The notes below the pieces were generated by a model, which ran no database searches, was not told where the DNA came from, and saw only the letters and a program-made list of their open reading frames with translations. Position numbers and translations under genes: made by a program. Shown piece by piece: positions 1-5,957 of a stretch of DNA of 32,000 nt. The stretch comes from Candidatus Saganbacteria bacterium (GTDB taxonomy: Bacteria > Margulisbacteria > WOR-1 > JAKLHX01): the NCBI GenBank assembly GCA_026387835.1, contig JAPLKZ010000010.1, forward strand, positions 146,379-178,378, given 5' to 3'. The stretch's first letter is position 1; every line of letters starts with the position of its first letter.

Positions 1-300
1 GTCTTTGATCTTGATCTCCGCACCGAGCTCTTTAAGTATGTAATACAGTATCAGCCTTGCTCCCGCCTCGTCCGCGCTCCGCCCAGATATTTTATCCTTG
101 TCTCCTGCCAGCAGTATCGCGCAGGCTTTTTCATAGTCCATCTTTCTCAGCTCTTCGGCGGGGATCTTTGTCCTGATCTGCCTTAAAAGTATTTTGTACG
201 CTTGGATCTCCTGCTGGGTAAAAAGCGGCTTGCCCTGCTCTGTGCTGCCGGTTGCTGCCGGAGCTTGTGAATTATTAACCGCAGCTGCCTGCTGTGCCAT
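1..300 (-). CDS. hypothetical protein, N-terminal ~100 codons only (continues past window edge)
   Basis: ATG at 300-298 (minus). AGGAG (307-311, minus) lies 6 nt upstream, 12 nt after the stop of the 848-aa gene. My translation MAQQAAAVNNSQAPAATGSTEQGKPLFTQQEIQAYKILLRQIRTKIPAEELRKMDYEKACAILLAGDKDK... stays open to position 1. It is absent from the ORF track because it has no in-window stop. No family recognised. Confidence 0.55.
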   Translation of the reverse strand, partial: MAQQAAAVNNSQAPAATGSTEQGKPLFTQQEIQAYKILLRQIRTKIPAEELRKMDYEKACAILLAGDKDKISGRSADEAGARLILYYILKELGAEIKIKD

Positions 301-312
301 TTTCAGCTCCTA

Positions 313-2859
313 TCAGTCGACGTTTACTCCGAGCTTTGCAGCATATTTCTTTCCTGGATCTGTGAGCTGACCTCTCTTGGCTATTTCTTGAAGTATTGCT
401 CTATAATCACTTAATGTTTTGTCTTCGCTCTTTAATTCTTCAAGGACCGCCGTTGCGGACGACTCGGCATTTTCATCAGTTAATTGATCTGTTGTTATTT
501 TAACGAACTTATTTCTTTTAATTACTAGCATTTTTGCAAATGTTGTCCCGCTCTCATCTTTCAGCATCTTGTCGGCAATTGCCTTAGAACCTTTATCTCC
601 TTCTTTAGCAGCTCCTGCTTGTGGAGCACCCGCACCTGCAGCGGGTGGCATCACTACGGCCGGACCTGTTGCCGGTTTCTGTTGCGTGCCACTTTTTGCC
701 ACATCACTGGCTGTTTTCTTATTTTTGTTTGCTCTTTCCAGCAATACCTTTGGCGGCAATTTTTGCGTGAAATCAAATGCCGAATATCCCCTTACTCCTT
801 CAGCCTCATCTTTTGCGGAATATTCTTTCACTTTTTCAGCCATCCATTCTTTCACCATCTTGTCCTTTTCATATTCGCTGACAGTTATATATCTTGGGGC
901 AGGGCTTTCAAATGTTGCTTCAACTATCATTTTGTCATCGGCAGACAGGCTCTTTTTCTCGGCTGTCTTTGTTACTTTATACAGATAACCTCCGTTTGTG
1001 CCATGCAACTCAAACTTTACATTTTCAGATGAAACCGATTGCTGCTTGAATATTTCCCCAAGCAACTGTCTTGGCGTTGAATCATCCTCTATGCATTTCC
1101 CGCTCGCATTTACAATAAAGTATCTTTCGCCCTGTTTTATGATTGTTTTTTTAGGGGCCTTCTCCATTCTTTCCCCCGTATCACTCAGGGTCTCAGCGTT
1201 ATATTCTTCAAGGACAACTTCAACCGTCTCCCTCTCATATTTCCCCTTCTTGATTCTTTCGTCAACTTTTGCTTCCGAGAACCTTTCGCTGTCAATAGCA
1301 TATAATTTCCCAAATACATCGACGGGCTTTGTCCTGTCATCGCTCGGACTGATCAGTCCCTCTTTTACCGTTATCTGGCTCTCAATAAATTTGTTATTTA
1401 TTAACTTCTTTATCAGATCCGGCAAGCTGCAAGTGCTGTTGTCCGCACTATAAGTTTGTCCGTTTAATTTGGAAATATTACTGTTTGTTTTTATTTCGCC
1501 TTCAGTACGGGTCGCGATCTGTTTTGCCGCATCTCCTTCCATTTCATATCCAAACGCTCTGACTTCTCCCGCCTTCTTGCTTTCTTTCCCTTTATCGTCC
1601 TTCTTTTGTATTTCAACCTTTTTATCCAATACTTTTTTGAGCCACGCTTGTAAACTTTTCCCCGCTTCAGGCCCCACATCTTCTGTCTTCAGCACCGGCA
1701 GCTCATCACTTTTCTTGATACCAAAATAACCTTCGATGAACTTGCTGTCGAGGTCTTTGCCAAAATATGACGCGAACACAAAACCTTTGAGGACAGATTG
1801 TTTTTGTTTAATATCGGCTAGATCGCTATAACTCTTTGCAGTGGTGTAATATGTCCGCGCAATAGGATCGAGCATGCTTCCAAGTCCTGCTGTTGAAACA
1901 TTTGATGTTGTTCCAAATGCCCAGCTTCTGATCGCATCGGCATTGTTTATTTGGGCAAGCGTTAAACTCCCGATAGTATCATGGCATTTTTTTATTGCGG
2001 CCACATCTGCCACAGTAAGCTCCCTGAAGGTCACCCCGGATTCGTTCCACTGCTTTGCGGTCGAAAGATATAATTCGCTCATATTGCCGGACGTTCTTCC
2101 GGACATATTAACGAACCATTGCACCCTTGCCCAGAATATCTGGAGTTCGTCCAGGGTGATTATTCCGTCAGCATTTCCGCCATTAAGGTTTACCATATCG
2201 ATAAGCCTGCCTAAGTCTGCATTTTTGAATTCTATTCCAAGATTTTTTAGATCGGCTATTTTTATTCCTTTAGAAATATCTAAGTCCTGCTTCTGTTTAT
2301 TTCCGTTGATAATGATTTCGATCTTACCACCGTTCACTTTCAATTCGGTTTTAGTTATGGTTTTCCCTAGTAATTTAGGCTTTGTTGTAGTAAACTCGGC
2401 TCCATTTCCTTTTTTCGTACCACCAATCGTTTCAAATAATTTGATCAACGCTTCATCCGTGCTAAGTGTGCTGTTGGCCGCAGTTAATGGCTTTGGTTCT
2501 GCAATGGGTTTATCGGCCGGTTTCGGTCCTGATTTCGGTGCCGGTACTGGTTTGGGGTTCTCCGTTGTTGACGTAGGTGTTGCTACAGGGTTTGGTGTTG
2601 GACCAGATATTTGAACCTCACCATTAACTACTTTAATTGGCACTCCTTTTTTTATTGCTTCTTCAATACCTCTATTGATCTCCGCTTGGCTGAATGTTTT
2701 ATTGTTATCAGTATCTTTAATGAATGCTCTTGCTCTTTCCAAAACACTTGGAATAGCTTTGAGCTCTTTGTTGCCTTTTACATCTACAATATTTTGTTGA
2801 TCCACTTTTAGTTTCGCTTTTGCACCACCGACTGTTATTTCAAAATCTATACTTGCCAT
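313..2859 (-). CDS. large orphan protein (848 aa) with EF-hand-like loops and a Pro-rich linker; no signal peptide
   Basis: Track ORF 313..2859. SD-like AAGGGGGAG lies upstream of the ATG at 2859. Pro-rich linker GPTPNPVATPTSTTENPKPVPAPKSGPKPADKPIAEPKP. EF-like loops DTDNNKTFSQAE and GGNADGIITLDE. The N-terminal ~185 aa resemble those of the 601-aa neighbour. No family recognised. Confidence 0.8.
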   Translation of the reverse strand: MASIDFEITVGGAKAKLKVDQQNIVDVKGNKELKAIPSVLERARAFIKDTDNNKTFSQAEINRGIEEAIKKGVPIKVVNGEVQISGPTPNPVATPTSTTENPKPVPAPKSGPKPADKPIAEPKPLTAANSTLSTDEALIKLFETIGGTKKGNGAEFTTTKPKLLGKTITKTELKVNGGKIEIIINGNKQKQDLDISKGIKIADLKNLGIEFKNADLGRLIDMVNLNGGNADGIITLDELQIFWARVQWFVNMSGRTSGNMSELYLSTAKQWNESGVTFRELTVADVAAIKKCHDTIGSLTLAQINNADAIRSWAFGTTSNVSTAGLGSMLDPIARTYYTTAKSYSDLADIKQKQSVLKGFVFASYFGKDLDSKFIEGYFGIKKSDELPVLKTEDVGPEAGKSLQAWLKKVLDKKVEIQKKDDKGKESKKAGEVRAFGYEMEGDAAKQIATRTEGEIKTNSNISKLNGQTYSADNSTCSLPDLIKKLINNKFIESQITVKEGLISPSDDRTKPVDVFGKLYAIDSERFSEAKVDERIKKGKYERETVEVVLEEYNAETLSDTGERMEKAPKKTIIKQGERYFIVNASGKCIEDDSTPRQLLGEIFKQQSVSSENVKFELHGTNGGYLYKVTKTAEKKSLSADDKMIVEATFESPAPRYITVSEYEKDKMVKEWMAEKVKEYSAKDEAEGVRGYSAFDFTQKLPPKVLLERANKNKKTASDVAKSGTQQKPATGPAVVMPPAAGAGAPQAGAAKEGDKGSKAIADKMLKDESGTTFAKMLVIKRNKFVKITTDQLTDENAESSATAVLEELKSEDKTLSDYRAILQEIAKRGQLTDPGKKYAAKLGVNVD
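2146..2181 (-). other. EF-hand-like 12-residue loop GGNADGIITLDE in the 848-aa protein
   Basis: RC of 2146-2181 reads GGCGGAAATGCTGACGGAATAATCACCCTGGACGAA. It matches EF-hand positions 3(N), 5(D), 6(G), 8(I) and 12(E). Position 1 is G rather than D. Confidence 0.4.
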
Positions 2860-2918
2860 TTTACTCTCCCCCTTTCGTATTTCCTGATCTGTATTTGTTC
2901 ATTTTTATAACCTTTCTC

Positions 2919-3401
2919 CTAGTTCATATTCAGCTCGTACTCAATCTCCATTTCCTGCGAATCGGAAAGCCCTAAGCCTGAATCCACATATTCTGAGCCG
3001 TAAGCCGTAAGCTGTAAGCCGTAAGCATTTGAGGAATCATGTATCCTCACGGTATTTGTCATATCCATGCCTTTGTTTAGATCCAAAGCATAAAGCTCAT
3101 AATTTAAAACGGAATTCATTGTTTTCATCTCTGAGCTCAAAATACTGCCAAAACTCTTTTGAATGCTGCATCTTGGATCCAGGATTTCCCCGCCTCCAGC
3201 GGGTCCATCCCCCTCTATGTATATATCGTCAATTTTTGGCTCAAATCCCATGGTTTCTTTAATGCAAAACTTGCCGTTATGCTGGCTTTTTATCTCGCGC
3301 TCCAGTATATGCTCAAAATCGCTGTAACTCGGCTCTCCTGCCCTTGCCGGGGTATTTTCCCGCTTTAAGTCTTCTTCCTCGTGTCCGATGTTTTCGCACA
3401 T
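2919..3401 (-). CDS. small acidic orphan protein (160 aa)
   Basis: Track ORF 2919..3515, but the internal ATG at 3401 has the SD GAAAGAGGTG 5-7 nt upstream, and a strong predicted promoter (3425-3452) lies inside the longer ORF. Product MCENIGHEEEDLKRENTPARAGEPSYSDFEHILERE... is Asp/Glu-rich. No family recognised. Confidence 0.65.
   Translation of the reverse strand: MCENIGHEEEDLKRENTPARAGEPSYSDFEHILEREIKSQHNGKFCIKETMGFEPKIDDIYIEGDGPAGGGEILDPRCSIQKSFGSILSSEMKTMNSVLNYELYALDLNKGMDMTNTVRIHDSSNAYGLQLTAYGSEYVDSGLGLSDSQEMEIEYELNMN
2994..3026. repeat. tandem heptanucleotide repeat TAAGC[CT]G, about 4.5 copies, inside the 160-aa CDS
   Basis: Plus strand reads tgagccg taagccg taagctg taagccg taagc. 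It encodes AYGLQLTAYGSE on the minus strand. Confidence 0.8.
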
Positions 3402-3424
3402 ATTACACCTCTTTCCTATGGCCC

Positions 3425-3452
3425 ATTTTAGACAGCTGCCTGCAGCTGTTAA
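3425..3452 (-). promoter_or_regulatory. sigma70-type promoter TTAACA-16-TAAAAT for the 160-aa/848-aa operon, overlapped by an 18-bp palindrome
   Basis: The minus strand reads TTAACA GCTGCAGGCAGCTGTC TAAAAT, with the -10 about 24 nt upstream of the ATG at 3401. Palindrome ACAGCTGC-CT-GCAGCTGT (3432-3449) spans the -35 and the spacer. Confidence 0.45.
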
Positions 3453-3605
3453 GAAGCACATTAGAAGGGGTGACAAGCCTGTTGTTGATTGCCACCCCAT
3501 GTAATATGCTTCCACTCAACTTTGTCATATTGTTCATTGAATTCCGCCCCCTGCTTGTCCCGCGAAGCTGCGGAGCATGGCGACGGAGCGAAGCGGGATA
3601 AAAGG

Positions 3606-3651
3606 CCATAAAAATACCGGAGCCCCCAAATAAAACATCTGAGGGTCCGGT
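3606..3651 (-). terminator. candidate intrinsic terminator (imperfect hairpin plus ATTTTTAT) inside the long spacer
   Basis: The minus strand reads ACCGGACCCTCA GATGTTTTATT TGGGGGCTCCGGT followed by ATTTTTAT. The stem is about 11 bp with one bulge and one mismatch. Confidence 0.35.
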
Positions 3652-3775
3652 TATACAAAAAAAAAAAAAAAATAATTCAAGTCCAACAGGCAAGTCCTTG
3701 ATCATTTTCTTTCCTTATACAAAAATATCGAATCCAACAGGCCTGCCTGCAGCAGGCAGGCAAACCTTCGATAAC
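3651..3775. repeat. two ~55-62 bp direct-repeat units (TTATACAAAAA...TCCAACAGGC...CCTT[GC]GAT) in intergenic DNA
   Basis: Unit 1 starts at 3651 and contains an A16 run (3657-3672). Unit 2 starts at 3715 and contains the perfect palindrome GCCTGCCTGC-A-GCAGGCAGGC (3741-3761). The shared block TCCAACAGGC occurs at 3682-3691 and 3733-3742. Confidence 0.7.
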
Positions 3776-3864
3776 TGACGCTCTTTGACGTTCTATATTT
3801 CTATCGGGTTTTGGGGGTCCAAACTTGCATGGGAAAAGGGGGTTGCGGTCCGCGGTTCGTAGTC

Positions 3865-3902
3865 AGCGGATGGCAGCTGTTTTGACCCGCCTGCCATCCG
3901 CT
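3865..3902 (-). other. 12-bp perfect hairpin just downstream of the 601-aa stop (3-prime stabiliser or atypical terminator)
   Basis: AGCGGATGGCAG (3865-3876) pairs with CTGCCATCCGCT (3891-3902) around a 14-nt loop. It begins 17 nt after the stop codon. No U-run follows on the minus strand. Confidence 0.4.
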
Positions 3903-3918
3903 CGGCTATAAACTGTGC

Positions 3919-5724
3919 TTATTTTGCCGTATCTATATCGATCCGGTTTGATATATCGAATTCGTCGTTATTTATAAGGTAAATCGTGTATTTTTTACCC
4001 GGTTCCAGTTTCGAAACACCTATTGTCCCGTCTTTATCATTCACGTTTACGACTGTGGTATTTACAACGGCGTTGTCCGTCACTATCTTAACGCTATATT
4101 TGGCCCTCTCTTTGGGAGCCGCGAAATTGATCACGGCAGAATCTCTGGTGATCTTATTTTTAAGATACCCCAAAGTACCGGTCCTATTCGTGATAGCGCC
4201 GGCAGGAATAACGACCGGGCTTGCTTCCGGTTTTGGCGCCGGAGGGGGAGCATTTTTTTTTGCCAGGGCCGCAGCTTGTTCCGCCTTTTTCCTGGTATCC
4301 GCTATTTTCGCTTCATCTTTCGCTTTTTTTGCGGCATCCGCTGCTTTTTGCGCCAGGAGCGCAGCTTGTTCCGCCTTCTTTTTGTCAGCAATTTTTTTTG
4401 CCGCATCCGCTGCTTTTTTTGCCGCATCCTCCGCTATTTTTGCGGCATCGTTTGCTTTAATTCTCTCTGAAATAATCTTTATGCCGCCTTCCGCAGCGTT
4501 CTTTTCCTCTTCCGTAGTCAGATACCCGGATCTAGCGAGCTCTACGACCAAAGGCAGGATCTTTTTATCCTTGTTCTCGTCGAGTTCCTCGGAATTCAGG
4601 ACCGCTTCCAGCTTCTTATTATTTGCATCAAGCTTTGCCTGTATTTGAGCCGCTTTTGTTAATTCCGACTGGGCTACCTGTTCTTTTTTGCCGGTTTCAT
4701 TCAGATCTTTATTTAGTTTTTCAAATATCTCCGATATACATCCCATAATATTTGGCGCAAACCTTTTTGCGTTTTCATAAGGCATTCTGGTACTTTCAAA
4801 CCATTTGGATTTTAGTTCATAGAACCTTGCATTTAATACCTGATCTGCCTGTTTCTGGATATCATCACTTATCCTTTTCACGTTCGCGATAACTTCCTTT
4901 TTAAGACCAACAAGCTCCTGGATATTTTTAGCAGCGTGCACTTTTTCTGATATTCCGGTGACAAATGCTTTCATAAGATCCGCCTTGTCCGGCCAACATT
5001 TTGTGAGGTCTACATAAACCGATAGCTTCGCAATTAAGTCCCTTTTTGCCGTCTCAAGAAGTTTTGCGTTTGATGCGGCATTTTCGGCTTTTACCTGCTC
5101 GAGATTTATTTCCGCTTTTTCTGCCTTGTCTGAGGCAGCATTTGCCGCATCTTCAAAAAGCCTCGTTTCATCATACCGGTTGATGATTATTTCAAGTTTT
5201 TTTCCGTCTTCTGTCACGCGACATACTCTGTTTAATCTTTCAATGGTTACCTGCGGATCTTTTTTATTCTTTTCCGATTCTTCAACGATCCATTCCATAA
5301 AACTCGGACAATGTACGCTCCGGCCTTTTAATATTACGTCGGTGGCCGGCCTTCCGGAAGATGTCAGATAAGGCATTAATTCCGACAACTGCAATTTCCC
5401 GTCTCCGTTTCGGTCCGGCACCCTTAGCGTTCTACTGATAAATATTTGAGGCACCTTTTCGCCATTTTCGCCATTTGACCTGATAATTACATTTGTCGAT
5501 TTTTTGATGGTTACCTGCGGATCTTTTTGGGTCATTTCCGGTTGTTCAACGGTACAGTCTGTAATGCCCAGCTTAACCTTATGACTTTTTAATATCAAAT
5601 CAATAACCGGCCTGTCGCAAGGAGACTTCAGATCGGGCATTATTTCCCGCAATTGTATTTTCCCGTCTTTGTTTAGATCCGGCACCGATAGTCCTCTACT
5701 GATAGTAACCTCTATGTCTGCCAT
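3919..5724 (-). CDS. large orphan protein (601 aa): two N-terminal EF-hand-loop modules, coiled-coil and Ala/Lys repeat region, C-terminal beta-rich (FN3-like) module; no signal peptide
   Basis: Track ORF. SD CAGGAGG lies 8 nt upstream of the ATG at 5724. Canonical loops DLNKDGKIQLRE and DRNGDGKLQLSE. Repeats of the type AAKKAADAAKKIADKKKAEQAALLAQK. C-terminal LEPGKKYTIYLINND. Confidence 0.85.
   Translation of the reverse strand: MADIEVTISRGLSVPDLNKDGKIQLREIMPDLKSPCDRPVIDLILKSHKVKLGITDCTVEQPEMTQKDPQVTIKKSTNVIIRSNGENGEKVPQIFISRTLRVPDRNGDGKLQLSELMPYLTSSGRPATDVILKGRSVHCPSFMEWIVEESEKNKKDPQVTIERLNRVCRVTEDGKKLEIIINRYDETRLFEDAANAASDKAEKAEINLEQVKAENAASNAKLLETAKRDLIAKLSVYVDLTKCWPDKADLMKAFVTGISEKVHAAKNIQELVGLKKEVIANVKRISDDIQKQADQVLNARFYELKSKWFESTRMPYENAKRFAPNIMGCISEIFEKLNKDLNETGKKEQVAQSELTKAAQIQAKLDANNKKLEAVLNSEELDENKDKKILPLVVELARSGYLTTEEEKNAAEGGIKIISERIKANDAAKIAEDAAKKAADAAKKIADKKKAEQAALLAQKAADAAKKAKDEAKIADTRKKAEQAAALAKKNAPPPAPKPEASPVVIPAGAITNRTGTLGYLKNKITRDSAVINFAAPKERAKYSVKIVTDNAVVNTTVVNVNDKDGTIGVSKLEPGKKYTIYLINNDEFDISNRIDIDTAK
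4261..4460. repeat. internal coding repeat (90-bp period) encoding Ala/Lys-rich helical repeats
   Basis: A 27-mer at 4261-4287 recurs at 4351-4377 with 3 mismatches (core gcagcttgttccgcctt is identical). Motif gc[cg]gcatcc..gct recurs near 4331, 4400, 4421 and 4442. Confidence 0.75.
5380..5415 (-). other. canonical EF-hand Ca2+-binding loop 2 (DRNGDGKLQLSE)
   Basis: RC reads GACCGAAACGGAGACGGGAAATTGCAGTTGTCGGAA. The consensus is the same as loop 1, and the loop lies 88 residues after it within a duplicated module. Confidence 0.6.
5644..5679 (-). other. canonical EF-hand Ca2+-binding loop 1 (DLNKDGKIQLRE)
   Basis: RC reads GATCTAAACAAAGACGGGAAAATACAATTGCGGGAA. It fits D-x-N-x-D-G-x-I-x-x-x-E at every liganding position. 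Confidence 0.6.
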
Positions 5725-5760
5725 TAAAAAATACCTCCTGTAACAGTAAATACCCCTCTA

Positions 5761-5788
5761 ATTATCTATCGTCGGTTTTGTATGCGAA
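5761..5788 (-). promoter_or_regulatory. possible promoter TTCGCA-16-GATAAT for the 601-aa gene
   Basis: The minus strand reads TTCGCA TACAAAACCGACGATA GATAAT, about 37 nt upstream of the ATG at 5724. The match is weak to moderate. Confidence 0.3.
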
Positions 5789-5849
5789 TTTCACGCGGTC
5801 ATCCGGCGAAAGGGGCTGATCGGGAACCGGGAGGATCATCGAATTTATC

Positions 5850-5957
5850 TTACAGCTCTTCTTCCTTCTCCGTGAAAACTTTGTAGAAGCAGAAAAGCGT
5901 CAGGCCGATGATGGCGGCCCACGAGGCGGTCAGAAATATCCAGCCGTAAAAGTTCAT
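5850..5957 (-). CDS. 35-aa single-TM protein, probable MetS-like small subunit of the NSS transporter
   Basis: MNFYGWIFLTASWAAIIGLTLFCFYKVFTEKEEEL. Its ATG overlaps the NSS stop (ATGA, 5954-5957). One hydrophobic helix is followed by an acidic tail, as in small partners of MetP-type NSS transporters. Confidence 0.6.
   Translation of the reverse strand: MNFYGWIFLTASWAAIIGLTLFCFYKVFTEKEEEL

Noticed and set aside
569-2811. Plus-strand ORFs of 66-246 aa inside the 848-aa gene
   Set aside because: They are all hydrophobic, low-complexity shadow frames of a long uninterrupted minus-strand ORF that has an SD.
3402-3515. N-terminal 38-codon extension of the 198-aa track ORF
   Set aside because: The internal ATG at 3401 has a good SD, and the predicted promoter and operator lie inside the extension.
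3657-3672. T16 (minus strand) as the U-tract of an intrinsic terminator for the 601-aa gene
   Set aside because: The sequence just upstream on the minus strand forms only a 4-5 bp stem (TCAAG/CTTGA), so it is not a credible terminator hairpin. It is kept only as a homopolymer/repeat feature.
3403-3705. 100-aa and 65-aa minus-strand ORFs in the long spacer
   Set aside because: The sequence includes FFFFF translated from the homopolymer tract. There is no SD, and the ORFs cross predicted hairpins and the promoter.
3986-4648. 220-aa Ala/Phe/Ser-rich ORF, plus 64-79-aa ORFs, on the plus strand within the 601-aa gene
   Set aside because: They are the reverse-complement reading of the Ala/Lys repeat (GCn/AAA becomes nGC/TTT). 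This is an artefact of repeat composition.
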